64,000 bases of DNA from Candidatus Bathyarchaeota archaeon (GCA_963720565.1 CAVRFW010000009.1:288001-352000); one strand, 5' to 3'. Counted from the stretch's first letter, positions 31,042 to 42,209 are shown. Notes: generated by a model from the letters alone, not told the origin. Numbers and translations: made by a program.

Positions 31042-32247
31042 ATGCAAAATCGCCCAGCTATAGTCGCTGTTGGCAGAACAAAGTTTGGAGAGCACTACGG
31101 AAAAGAGCCTGAAAAGCTTATTGAAGAAGCGTGGCTTAGAGCTTCACGAGAATGCAGCATAGAAAGACGAGACTTGGAGGCTTGCTACCTCTCAGACTGT
31201 TTTCTTCCGATCACGAATAAGCTGGGCCTGGAAGAAGGTTTTCTGTCAGAACTCACTGAACTTCATATCCCTATGGAAGTGACCCGTTCAGTCAGTGCCG
31301 CTTTGCTAACAGCTTGCAACGCTATCCAGGCTGGTACGTACAATACGGTGTTGGTTGGCGGGATAGAGAAAATGACTGATCGCTGGGACAAAATACGCGA
31401 CGACCTTATGCTCCTTGAAGACCCATGGAGCTATTATGCAGGTGGTACTCCGGAGGCAAACCATGAGCTTATGCTCAGAGCCTACGTAAAAAAATACGGG
31501 ATAATGGGCGAAAATCTTGAAAAACTCAACCTCGCTCTTGCCCAGATAGCTGTAAAAAACCATGATCACGCAACCAAAAACGAATATGCCCAGTTTCATA
31601 GAAAAATAACCGTCGAACAGGTAATTAGTGCCAGGGAAGCGGCGCGCAAACCTCTGGGACTCTACGATTTTGCACCAATATCCGATGGTGCATCAGCCTT
31701 AATACTTACAAACGCGGAGCTGGCGAAGAGAAAGACTAATGCTCCTGTTTACGTATTAGGTTGCTCTTCAGCAACAGACTACCTTAATTTTCCAACAAGA
31801 AAAGACTTGACGCATTTTGTTGCCGCGAGAATTGCGGCGAAAAACGCATTCGAAATGGCCAAGGTAAGCCCGCTGGATATTCAAGTTGCGGAATTATACG
31901 ATCAGTCCACCCTTATGGAGATGATTTCTCTTGAAGACTTGGGTTTCTGTGAGCCTGGAACAGCTTGGAAAAGCGTACGTGGAAGCTGCGAAGACTACAA
32001 AGGGTACTACGACATAAACGGCAAGAAGCTCTATGTCAACATGAACGGTGGCTTGAAGGCTGATGGCCACCCATACGGCGCTACTGGCGGCGCTCAAATC
32101 TTCGAAATATTCAGACAACTAAGGGGCGAAGCGGGCGAAAGACAAGTAGATATTGGACAAAATCTTTCCGGGTTTGGTTGCGCCTTAGAATTTGAGGGTT
32201 TTGGCACTAAGGCGTATCTCAGCGTTCTTGGGAGGGAACAACACTGA
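31042..32247 (+). CDS. Thiolase-fold (SCP2/archaeal type) protein lacking the canonical catalytic cysteines
   Basis: VGRTKFG, GGIEKM, APISDGASA, GGLKADGHPYGATG present; CASG and HDCF replaced by TRSVSAA and YDQS. Confidence 0.85.
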   Translation: MQNRPAIVAVGRTKFGEHYGKEPEKLIEEAWLRASRECSIERRDLEACYLSDCFLPITNKLGLEEGFLSELTELHIPMEVTRSVSAALLTACNAIQAGTYNTVLVGGIEKMTDRWDKIRDDLMLLEDPWSYYAGGTPEANHELMLRAYVKKYGIMGENLEKLNLALAQIAVKNHDHATKNEYAQFHRKITVEQVISAREAARKPLGLYDFAPISDGASALILTNAELAKRKTNAPVYVLGCSSATDYLNFPTRKDLTHFVAARIAAKNAFEMAKVSPLDIQVAELYDQSTLMEMISLEDLGFCEPGTAWKSVRGSCEDYKGYYDINGKKLYVNMNGGLKADGHPYGATGGAQIFEIFRQLRGEAGERQVDIGQNLSGFGCALEFEGFGTKAYLSVLGREQH

Positions 32248-33752
32248 GCAGCGAACCCATAGAGAGACGAGTTTCTTATCTTGGAGATAGACTAAAGGCT
32301 ACCCGATGCCAAATTTGCGGAAAAGAATACTTCGAGGTCAGAGACTACTGCGGAAACTGCGGAAGAAAAAGCATCGGAAAAATGGTAAGCGCAGATCTCT
32401 TCTATGAAAAGGGGAAACTTGAGCTTTGCACTTTGGTCGACGAGCCTACAAACAAGTTTCTGAAGCTTGGGAACTATGTTTACGGCATCGTGTCTTTTCA
32501 CAACGGGAAAATCCGCGTTGCAGGAAGAATAACCGACCTTATCCTGAAGGATGGAGAAAGAATTGATTTTTCCAACCTCGAAGGCAAAGAGGTAGTTCCT
32601 AGATTCAGAAGACGATACTCAGTGGGGCCAAGCGAAGTCATCCCGACAATCTCTCTAGCATTCACTCCTGCTAATGAATATTATCCGCATCAAGAATACA
32701 CTGTGGTTCAACCCAGCAAAGAATACGAAACCCCTGGCGTAGTAGGCTATAGCGTTTACACCTCACGTTTTAGAATAAAAGAAGATGCACTCGTGCGGTC
32801 TGTTCCATACATCGATGAGGACGCAGTAACTGCTGCAGTTGAGGCCGGAAAGCTCGCGCTGATTCATTCTGGAGTTGACAGCTCGCTTGTCGGCAAAGTC
32901 TACGTCGGCTCAGAATCAAACCCCTATGCGGTTAAACCAATTGCGTCGAAAGTTGCCCAGGTTCTTAAACTCGGCGAAGAGGACGGGGATATTCAAGGCG
33001 TTGATGCTGTTGACACCGAGTTCGCCTGCAAAGCTGCGTCGAGCATGTTCAAAGACGCCTGCTCCCTCGTTAACTATTCGAAATCGGGTATTAAGTACGC
33101 CATGGCAATCGGCGCTGACAATTCTCAAGCAGCACCCAGAGGCTGTCCAGGTGGAGAACTCGACGCATTCGTCGGATACGGTGGTTCCGCCTACATATTT
33201 GGAAAAAGCGACGTTATAGCCGAGATTGAGGGTTGGTACTCATGCACTTCGGACACGCCAGATTTCTGGCGCAGAGACGGAGAGCATTTCCCCATGCATG
33301 GTGGAAGATTCACAGGCGACCCTGCCTACTTCAAGCATGTCCGGAAAGCGACTGCAAAGCTTATGGAACATCTAAACCTGAAAACAGGTGACGTAGACTA
33401 CTTTGTAACTCATCAGCCAAACCCACAATTTCCAGTGCGAATCGCAAAAGAACTCGGCTTCAAGGAGGAACAATATTCTGTTTCTCTTCAAATAAGAAAA
33501 TTCGGCAACACTTACTCCGCTTGCTCATTAATAGGCTTAGCAGCGGTACTAGACGTTGCCAAACCCGAAGCCCGCATCCTGATGACTAGCTATGGCTCAG
33601 GCGCTGGAAGCGATGCCTATCTGCTTCGAACCACAACTCAGCTTGTCGACAAACGACGCCGACAAAAAATGAACGTCAAACATCAAGCCGAAAACCCATA
33701 CTTGGAATATGTTGACTACACAACTTACAGGCGACTAAAGCTCGGAATGTGA
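32244..33752 (+). CDS. DUF35 (Zn-ribbon/OB) fused to hydroxymethylglutaryl-CoA synthase
   Basis: Frame is open 46 codons upstream of ATG 32382 to CTG 32244 and adds CQICG..CGNCG; synthase motifs GSESNPYAVKP, EFACKAA, HQPN, GNTYS, SYGSGAGSD. Confidence 0.88.
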   Translation: MSSEPIERRVSYLGDRLKATRCQICGKEYFEVRDYCGNCGRKSIGKMVSADLFYEKGKLELCTLVDEPTNKFLKLGNYVYGIVSFHNGKIRVAGRITDLILKDGERIDFSNLEGKEVVPRFRRRYSVGPSEVIPTISLAFTPANEYYPHQEYTVVQPSKEYETPGVVGYSVYTSRFRIKEDALVRSVPYIDEDAVTAAVEAGKLALIHSGVDSSLVGKVYVGSESNPYAVKPIASKVAQVLKLGEEDGDIQGVDAVDTEFACKAASSMFKDACSLVNYSKSGIKYAMAIGADNSQAAPRGCPGGELDAFVGYGGSAYIFGKSDVIAEIEGWYSCTSDTPDFWRRDGEHFPMHGGRFTGDPAYFKHVRKATAKLMEHLNLKTGDVDYFVTHQPNPQFPVRIAKELGFKEEQYSVSLQIRKFGNTYSACSLIGLAAVLDVAKPEARILMTSYGSGAGSDAYLLRTTTQLVDKRRRQKMNVKHQAENPYLEYVDYTTYRRLKLGM

Positions 33753-33818
33753 CAAACACTATATTAATCTGTATTCTGAAAGCATATGATTTGAAGTGTT
33801 GAACGAGGTCAAAATCCA

Positions 33819-35039
33819 TTGTCTGTTGCTAGCGATATTCTAAAGGTCATATATGCGCCGCACAAAGCATTTAAAAAAATTCTGCAAAAACCCCGGTACA
33901 TAGGCGCAATAATCCTGCTCATCATTTTTGCAGTCGTGCAAGTTAGTTCTTCTTACGTGATTGCATCAAAATCCTATATTGAACAGACAATGCCATCAGG
34001 ATCTGAAGGAGACTTGTGGACTGAAAACGCTACCTTGTGGCAAACTAATCCAGGCGTGACCACCAGAAACAACACGCTTGACCACATTAACAGCACAACA
34101 CTGTACCTTGGAAGTCCCACCTACTTCGGCAGTTCCAGCGTTGAATTCACCGCTTCCAACACCAGCGTCGTTAGGATGGAACTGACTAGCATAAACACGG
34201 ATGAACAAGTGAATTCTGTAGCTGAAGGTTTTAAAAACATCAGTTTCAGATTGAAAATATTATCTCCCCAAGCAAAACCCGCTAATGTCTCTTTGTACTT
34301 AACCTCCTTGGGCGCTTCAAGCTTCTACAACGACTTAACGGCACAATTTCCCGCGAGTGCGGTTAATGTCTGGAACAACATCACGCTTCCCCTCGGTTCT
34401 ACCGCATGGTCTGTGCTCGGAAACGAAGCTTCATGGGAAAACATTACGGGCTTCAAAATGGAGTTCACATGGGAAAACGCTGTAAATGTTGACCTGCTAA
34501 TAGACGGCTTGTTCTTCAGGGGGGAGTACATGACTCCTCTTGAACTCTACGGGCAGGTCGGGTACCTAGCTCAGGCCGCGCTAAACAGTATTGCGCCCTT
34601 CGTTTTTGAATGGATTATCCTTACAGCAATGCTATACTTGGTTATCAAAGGATTGAAGGGGTATGCCACGTGGAAACTTCTGATGGTGGCTGTTGGTTTT
34701 GCACTCGTAGTCCTTGTTGTTCAAGCAATCTTGCTTCTCGTTGTTTATTCTGCGTTGCCTAATCTTTTCTATCCGCTTGAAGTCTTGGCGAGCGTGCCCG
34801 GCGAACAGGCAATGGCGCCCGCTGAAACTTTGGAAGCTATAGCTTCTGCAAATCTGACAGGCAGCATAATTCAGGTTGGAGTGTGGCTTTGGCTTGGTGG
34901 TCTATGCACTTTCATAACTCGCGAGGTGACAGGCATGGATACTGAGGTACCTTCCTTCGGATGGCTCAAGTGCATAGCTGTTTCAGGAACGAGTGTGCTT
35001 TTGACGCTCATAATCGTGGGTTTCTTGCTTGGAGTATAG
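33819..35039 (+). CDS. Yip1-like membrane protein with inserted extracellular domain
   Basis: VIYAPHKAFKKI N-terminus, one TM, ~190-aa soluble domain, then ~4 TMs. Confidence 0.75.
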   Translation: MSVASDILKVIYAPHKAFKKILQKPRYIGAIILLIIFAVVQVSSSYVIASKSYIEQTMPSGSEGDLWTENATLWQTNPGVTTRNNTLDHINSTTLYLGSPTYFGSSSVEFTASNTSVVRMELTSINTDEQVNSVAEGFKNISFRLKILSPQAKPANVSLYLTSLGASSFYNDLTAQFPASAVNVWNNITLPLGSTAWSVLGNEASWENITGFKMEFTWENAVNVDLLIDGLFFRGEYMTPLELYGQVGYLAQAALNSIAPFVFEWIILTAMLYLVIKGLKGYATWKLLMVAVGFALVVLVVQAILLLVVYSALPNLFYPLEVLASVPGEQAMAPAETLEAIASANLTGSIIQVGVWLWLGGLCTFITREVTGMDTEVPSFGWLKCIAVSGTSVLLTLIIVGFLLGV

Positions 35040-35149
35040 ACCTTCGGAAACCTTCTACAGCGTCAGATATGGTCTTGGCTTAGGGTTAGCAAGATTTATA
35101 CGCTATTAAACTATCACTTTATAAGCCTGAATTTACTATCTATCCAGCC

Positions 35150-36459
35150 GTGAACTCCCCAATGCTGAGCCAGAAAATGTTGAAAGGCGACAAAACCGCT
35201 GAAAAATGGTTATCCGACTTCCCCAAAGACACAACCAAAAGAACCTACCTAAACGCCCTCAACAACTTCAAGAAAATACTGGGAATAGCCGATCTAGGCG
35301 AATACCTCAAAAGCAACCCCGACGCAACAGCCGACTTTAAACGGTTCCTCACAGCATATAACGGCAAGCCAAGCAAAACCGTCGCCACATACTCAGGAGC
35401 CATAAAGATGTTTTTTGAAGACCACAACCTCAAAATTGAACGCGCCGACTGGCGCAAAATGAGGCGACGCGGTTTCATGCCTAAACGCATACGGGCGGAG
35501 ACAAAAGACAGAAGTCCCGACACCCCAAGAGTTAAGGAATATTCTGAAACACGCAGACATCAAATGTCGAGCTATGGTTCTGTTCTTATCAGCAGCGGCG
35601 GAAGAATCGGGAGAGCTTTGCAGTTGAAGGATGAAGACCTCAAGCTTGACGCTGACCCGCCGGAGGTGAATATTCGCAGAGAGTACACTAAAGGTGGGGT
35701 GGGCGGCAGAATCGCTTATTTCAGCTACGAAGCCCGAGACGAGATCAAAGAATGGCTGAAAGTGAGAGACACGACAACCAAACACGACGGAACAGGAACT
35801 TACAAAAGCGACAGAGTTTTTCCCTGAGGATTTTGGAACAGCCCGTTTCATGTTTAACAACGCGGTTAGGAAGGCAAAGCTGGAAAGCCGAGACACCGGA
35901 ACAAACCGCCTAGTTCCTGCACTTGCACAGCCTACGCAAATTCTTCAGAAGCAACATTGGCTTAGACATTGACGTAACACACGCCCTAATGGGACACACT
36001 GAGTATTTGGATGAGGCTTACCTGCGTCTTGAGCAAGACGGTGAAATAGCGAAGGCATACAAAGAAGGCATGGGCAACGTGTCAATTTTCGACAAAGAAG
36101 AACTTGCCCTCAGACAGAGAACTAACGGTCTTGAAGCTGAGAACAGAGAGTTGAAAGAGCGAATAACAAAGATGGAAAGCGAAAAAGATGATTTGCAGAA
36201 TCGCGTGTCAACAACCGAGAACAAATTGTCAGACTTGGAAAGCACCCGCGCTACCATAACGCAGGCCTTTACGGAAAAGAACGCGCAAATCATTGAGGAT
36301 CTTGGGCTACATCGAAGAAGCAGCTTGCGGAGCTGCAGACCGCCTTGGCCATAATTCGAGACGTTGTTCCTTCTGATTTGCTGGTTAGGCTTCAGCTTAA
36401 AAAGCTTCACAGGGAACAGAAAGAAATTCCCGGGGAGCAACGAAGCAAAGAACCAATGA
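35150..36459 (+). CDS. Tyrosine recombinase/integrase with C-terminal coiled coil; several frameshifts
   Basis: SSGGRIG (R), YTKGG (K), HSLRKFF (HxxR), LMGH and DEAYL (Y) spread over ORFs 35150..35827 and 35923..36354. Confidence 0.85.
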
Positions 36460-36591
36460 AACTTCGCGCAGCGAACTGAGAGACACTGATTTCGCGTACG
36501 CTTCAGCGTGGTGGGCTATCCTTTTTCACACACGTTTTTTCCCATGGTTAAATGGTGTTTTCCATAAGTTTCGGCCCGTCTTTTCCCGCAA

Positions 36592-36666
36592 GGATGCACA
36601 GGTATACGAAGGATGGGAGAGGATGGGATGAGGATGCGAAGGATGAGATAAGGACGGGATGGGATG
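36592..36666 (+). repeat. Phased GGATG pentamer array
   Basis: GGATG at 36592, 36611, 36621, 36626, 36632, 36641, 36657, 36662 and GGACG at 36652. Confidence 0.7.
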
Positions 36667-37080
36667 CTACCGCAAAATGAAGCTCTCCGCTTCTTCCTAT
36701 GGTAATTACCGTCGTTTCACATTGTCCTCCTTTATTTTGCTCCTTAGCGAGCGTAAGGAGGAAGCAAGGAGGAACCTCTAGCGTCCATCCTGTACGCGTC
36801 GCATTAACGGTAAGTGCATGCGTTCCGGATCTCCGGCGGCAACCCTCTCTTTCAGTCTGATGGTTCTGACCCATTTGGGTCTAGTCCCTTTCGACCTCGG
36901 ATTTAAATCAAAAAGGGGAAATAAAACAGTACATTGTCGCATACCTATTGAGCGGTTCCTTTCGGCAGCGGCACTTAACCAGGCGTGGAATCACTGGTTC
37001 TGTTGGTTAGGAAAGGAAAAAAGGGAATTGTGGGAGACATCTCCATTTGTTCCAGTTCACATAATCACAGGACGCTTGGT

Positions 37081-37412
37081 TCATGTCTTTCTTTTACGAC
37101 TCGGGCTCCTCAGCGATTCCGCCCATCTCGTGTCTTCTTGAGTTGGTTCCCCCCAGAACCTTTCCAGTTCCTTCTGCGACATGCTCTTCGGAGGGTAATT
37201 TGCGTTGAAGAATCTGCCCTTTCTAGTCACAGGTTTCCAATCGTGCCCTTCCGTGATTGCCAGAATGCCCTTGTAGTCTGAAACTTTGGAGAACGGGTTT
37301 TTGGCTTTAGGGTTCTTCAATTTCGGAATTTCTCTTTTCTTCTGAGACGACTCAAATAGTACTCGATGTCGAGAAGTTTCTTGAACATGTCCTTAAAATC
37401 GGGTTTAGACAT
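37081..37412 (-). CDS. Basic hypothetical protein of the integrated element (one apparent frameshift)
   Basis: MSKPDFKDMFKKLLDIEYYLSRLRRK joins ORF 37081..37320 across a shift. Confidence 0.45.
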
Positions 37413-37610
37413 TTGTAGTAAGTCTTTATCGTTTGTTCAACCTTAGGCTTTTTGAATTGCTAATCAGCGCGTTTTAGAAGCTCCATTCATTTGGTAGATG
37501 TTTTTCGGAATCTGAATGGTTTTTTGGGTTTATTTGTGTTGCAATAAGTGTTTTTAAGTAGCTAATTGACTGTGTTAGTGTTGGTGGTTTTATGGCAATG
37601 CCCACGGTTG

Positions 37611-37798
37611 GAAGGTACAAATCATTCCAATAGAATCAGTAAGATTCCATTTTCAACGGAAAGACTTCCAACGATGGATAAAAGACATCTTTGGAGATAC
37701 AGAACTTGCCGTACAAATGAACAGGATAGAACCAGGGATTATCCGCTGAAGACTTGAGAAAAGAAATTCTCAGTATTGTAAACGCACTTGCAGTTTGA
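37611..37798 (+). pseudogene. 5'-truncated DUF5752-like gene fragment
   Basis: KVQIIPIESVRFHFQRKDFQRWIKDIFGDTELA...EDLRKEIL, similar to the C-terminus of 11576..12097; no N-terminus. Confidence 0.65.
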
Positions 37799-38026
37799 TT
37801 GAGGAGACAGAGCGCACCCAAAAAAAGGGGATTGTGCGGGAGACATCTCAATTTTCAAATGGTTCGAATTCAACGTGTGCCAACCGAGAGCCAACCTTCA
37901 CAACAACTGAGGACTTACCGGTACATGCAACGCAACTACAAAGAAAATAATGGGCATGCGCTGGAAAAAGCCTAAATTCTAGTTCAACGAGGATATTTGA
38001 AAGAAATTGTTAAGGTTGACTTTTCA

Positions 38027-38483
38027 ATGAGTTCCTTGCTGGTAATGGTTTCTTACCATCACAATAACACCGAGAAAATCGCCGAAGTCTTCGCAAGAGT
38101 TCTGGATGCAAAGATAAAAACTCCAACAGAAACAACTGCTGACGAACTTCAACAGCGTGAACTCTTAGGCTTTGGCTCAGGCATATACTTTGGAAAACAC
38201 CACAAAGACCTACTCAAATTTGCCGACAGAATTTCCAAAGTCGACAACAGGAAAGCATTTATCTTCTCGACCAGCGGAGACGGAAGAGGCATTAGGTCGC
38301 ACACCCGCCTTAGGAGAAAACTGGAATCGAAAGGTTACAAAGTTGTAGATGAATTCAGTTGCGCAGGGTTCGATACTTTTGGCTTGATGAAATTCTAGTG
38401 GGGGGTATAAAGAAGGGTAGACCTGCGCTGCGGACCTCGAACAAGCTGAAGAGTTCGCTAAAAAACTGCGTGTTCAATCTTGA
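38027..38483 (+). CDS. Flavodoxin family protein (frameshift near 3' end)
   Basis: SYHHNNTEKIA, GFGSGIYFG, FIFSTSG, FSCAGFDT; C-terminus in another frame. Confidence 0.8.
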
Positions 38484-38569
38484 GTTAGCGCACTAGATTA
38501 ACAGACCGCCTAGTTGAAAGTAATGTTAGTCTATAAGTATCTGAAAAAAGAACATCTCCTCGAGTTCAA

Positions 38570-39010
38570 AGAGAAAGGCGCAATATTTGTCAACACGTTA
38601 TATAATCTTAGGTTTGCAGATGAATTCACCGAACTAGATGTCAGCGAGATCTGGTAGAGCTGGTCGTGGTCAATCTCGGTCAGCGCTCGTGTATGCCACC
38701 ATCACTTGGCTGTCGAAAACGAGTCAGCTAGGGTCCTCGCATCCGATAGTCTTCCTAAAATCGTGCTTTATTGTTGAGTTTGAAAACAGGAGTTCGGCAG
38801 ACCGCTCATCAATAACGGTACCTATGTCGACGAGTTGTAGCATGCCCGAAGTCGGGATATTCCGCTGTTTTCCATCGCTCGGTACAGCAGGTGAAACTGT
38901 TTTGCCCACCTGACAGCGGCAGGTCGCAAGACTCTTCTGTCGACTCCCACGGGTTTAGTGGATCATCGGCTGAAGGATTGGGTTGTCTTGGAACCGTCTT
39001 ATTTTTCCGT
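38570..39010 (-). pseudogene. GH130/PH1107-like glycosidase/phosphorylase N-terminal fragment, heavily frameshifted and truncated
   Basis: Pieces NPILQP, NPWES, HLLYRAM, GCEDP, VAYT recovered across frames. Confidence 0.6.
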
Positions 39011-39013
39011 GTC

Positions 39014-39430
39014 CTAGGAGTTAGTCGAGTGGCGAGCCCGAAAGAGTTGATCATCGAGTCTTCTGACGAGCAAGCAATTCCGACCAGTCCCCTTTTTGCC
39101 ATTCACCCTACAGGCAGGTGTCTTAGTCCCGATGCGAGACGATGATTCCGCCTCGCTTCGTCGAAGCGACGCCGCTTCTCCAATCGTGGCGACGTTTTTG
39201 GTCATCACCTGGTCAATTAGGCGTGTCCAGCGGAGACGTCGTTGGCTAACTATTCTTATGGCATCTCGCTCGGTGAAGATCCACCACACACTTCTTGGTG
39301 CTCTGTCCGTTACTGATACAGTTGAGCGCACGTGTTTTTCTTGCAGTATTTTGATGGCGTCTCTGCGACCGTGATGTTGGGCTTTGATGTTACCACCACT
39401 CTTCTCATTATTATGTGCTTTACCATTAGC
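39014..39430 (-). pseudogene. CBS-pair protein, many indels
   Basis: MVKHIMRRVVVT...IFTERDAIRIV...IDQVMTKNVATI...RHLPV across frames. Confidence 0.7.
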
Positions 39431-39541
39431 ACGTCTGTTTCGCCTCTGATGTTTAGTCTTGTTTTTCTTGGATTTATAAGGCGAACGACTGTTTAAAGAT
39501 TCACAATAGGCACTAGAGCAGAGAGACTTCCGAGCTACGAA

Positions 39542-40619
39542 TCAAGAACGGTTCGATTGCTGTGGCGTGCGAGTGGCAATTGGCAGTTTGATTGACGTGC
39601 AGAGAGGTAGCAGACAGTTGCTTCGGCTCCCATGGTTGAGGTTGAGTCCCTTCCTCGGTTATTCCATCGTAGCAGCCGCCTGTTGTCGCGTTGTAAACGG
39701 AGGCGCTTTTGGTGTGTTTATCCCCAGAAACCAGTTGAAGATGGTCCTGCGCGATTGTTTTGTAGTGAAGGTTGTTGTTTGCGCGGCAAGCTGACAGCGC
39801 TAGCTTCCGTCATAGAAAGCTGCTTCCGCCGATTGCTGATCGTACATCGACCGTGGTTCTCCTTTTAGCAGTACCAGCTCTCGTTTCCGATAGGCACGAA
39901 TGACTCGTCTCAGCAATCTGGACTTGTAAGGAGGAACTGCAGCGTTTCCTCCGCGGCGTGAATGCATTTTGTCTGTTTTGTTTCTCGGTAAGCCTCAAAG
40001 AGAGCTTGCGGAAGCCTGCCGTTCTCGTACGTGAGGTAAGGCTCAAACCAGCGCCAGCCGCGGGAACGCGACGTCCCGGCAGTATTTGAGCAAGTCTGTC
40101 TGAAAGTGCTTTTATGTTCTCAGTCAGGTTGCGGTCTCGGTGTAGGCCCTGCGGTAATGCCTGAGGCCAAAGTATTGCGAAAGGCTCGCGCTCGTCGGAG
40201 ATTTGAAGAAACATGCCCAGCGAAAGGCTTTGTCGAAGATTTCTTTTGCCAAGTCGTTTCTTTTCAGCTCGGGCAGTCCGCTGTTTATGACGTATCCACA
40301 AGCCCAAAAGGGTGCGAGCTGCACAGTCTTCGGAGGCTTCCTCGTCAAGGAAGTTTCGGTCGTAGCTTAGGAAGTTGTGCATCTTGCCGTCTGCTCTCTG
40401 CATGTGCAAGAGGAAGCTTAGGTACGTGTCTATCAACGTGTCAGATTGATGAGTTGCTCTGATTTGGCTGTGCTTGGCGACAGCTATGAGGGCGCGCGCG
40501 TTGTCGTCGGTTGTGTATCCTTCAAGCCGGTTTGGCGTTCCGAATTTTGTGTGCTGAAAGACACCGGTGTCATCTGTGATTGCTTCGAGGAAGTCTAGCT
40601 TGATAGGTGGGAGTTTCAT
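39542..40619 (-). pseudogene. (alpha/alpha)6 glycosidase-like partner of GT4, many indels
   Basis: TDDTGVFQH, GYTTDDNARAL, MHNFLSYDR, FNWFLG, TGGCYDG motifs. Confidence 0.75.
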
Positions 40620-40634
40620 GATATAGGGGCCCTC

Positions 40635-41813
40635 TTAAGCGTGGATAGCTTGCTTGAATATGTTGTGTATTTTTTTGCGACTTTTGGCCACGTGAAGCTT
40701 CGATCCCCGGTACCTGTAACTTTCTTCTCCATGTCTCTTCTCAGTTCTTTGTTTTCCAAGAGTCTTCCTCACTTCTATGGTGATTGAGTCCGGGTTCCTG
40801 AACTCGCAGAGCAAGCCTCGCCCGTGAGACAGCACCTCTTTAGCGTGAAGGTAAGGAGTTGACACGACCGCTCTGCCAGCCCTGAAAGCGTAGACCAGAG
40901 TGCCGCTGCTGATTTGGTTTGCGCCGAGGTAGGGGCGTGAGGTAGACGTCGGTAGCTTGGAGATATTTTATCAATTCCCTTTTTGCGAGGAAGCGGTTGT
41001 GAAATCTTACGTGGTTCTTTAGCCCCAGTTGGTCGACCAGTTTGACGAGGTTGACGCGGTAGGTTTCGCCTTCGATTTTTCTGACCTCAGGGTGTGTTTC
41101 GCTGATCACGAGGTAGAGTATGTTTGGGTACTTCTCTACCATCGGCGGGAGCGCGTGGAGAACGTCCTGATGCCTTGCCCGCGTTCATCAGGCCAAACGT
41201 AGACAAGACGATTCTTCCTTTCAGGAACCCAGCGAGGGCTTTACGCTGTCACTGGTCACAAACGGAATGTCTGGGCAGCCGTGTTGGACTACGTTGATCT
41301 TGTCGTTTGAGCCGTCGCATTCGGCTTGAGCCTGTTCCCGCCGCTTTTGCCATGACTACGATCGCGTCTGGCTTCGAGCGAGGATTTCTTCAGAGTACGT
41401 TTGGCCTTTGATTCGAAGTCGGGTTGCACCGTGTGGAGTGTAGTGATGACCGGTTTTTGCACGTTTTGCAGGAAGGAGAGGACGTACTTTCCCGATTCGC
41501 CTCCGTATATTCCAAATTCGTGTTGAAGATTAACTGCGTTGATTCGTGATGAGTTGATGTAAGTGGCAGCTTGAATGTAATCTTCTTCGAAATCCTGTCT
41601 TATCTGTTGTTTGACCCTGCTGTCGTAATCGTAGATCGTGTCTATTTCATTCACGGCTATGACTCGGGCTGGTGCGAATTCATCGAGGAGATCCACAGAG
41701 TCGACTAGGTCTTTGGTGAAAGTGGCTATTCCGCACTCTCTTGGAACGTATGTCCCTAGAATAAAGGCAATGTATTTTTTGTTTGATTCTGGAATTCCGG
41801 GTTTTGCGAACAA
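40635..41813 (-). pseudogene. GT4 family glycosyltransferase, many indels
   Basis: TYVPRECGIATFT, LQHEFGIYGG, ITTLHTV, ETHPEV, STPYLHAKEVL over three or more ORFs. Confidence 0.8.
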
Positions 41814-42026
41814 TTTCTCACATTACCTTGGCTGGATTTGGCGTTAGTACAAGAAATCGGTTGAATTTCTGCTTGAAAACGCCTTTGTTTATTAATAATT
41901 GTTCGCCACTAAAAAATCTGGTGCTTGTTGCTGTTGTTCTATTATTTGACAAGTGAATAGCACGTTATCAAATTAGCGCGCGTTGGTAGACACAGCAGAT
42001 TCTGTTGGGTTTGAACCAGTAGGTTA

Positions 42027-42209
42027 CTACTCGTGTCCTCTTGTTTCATGGTGCATTGTATCTCGGTGTCTCTCCATCTCCGAGTTGGTTTTGAAGGTTT
42101 TGCCGCAGACTGGACAAGGAATCTGGCTTGGTTCTACTCCCCTCACTGGTATCTCTTGAGACGACGGCGCCCCCAACGTGTGAGGCTGATGAGGTTTCTT
42201 GTCACTCAT
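42027..42209 (-). CDS. Small C2H2 zinc-finger protein
   Basis: CPVCGKTFKTNSEMERHRDTMH. Confidence 0.8.
   Translation of the reverse strand: MSDKKPHQPHTLGAPSSQEIPVRGVEPSQIPCPVCGKTFKTNSEMERHRDTMHHETRGHE

Noticed and set aside
35040..35150. tRNA-derived attachment site for the integrase
   Set aside because: No tRNA-like sequence or matching direct repeat found by eye within the window.
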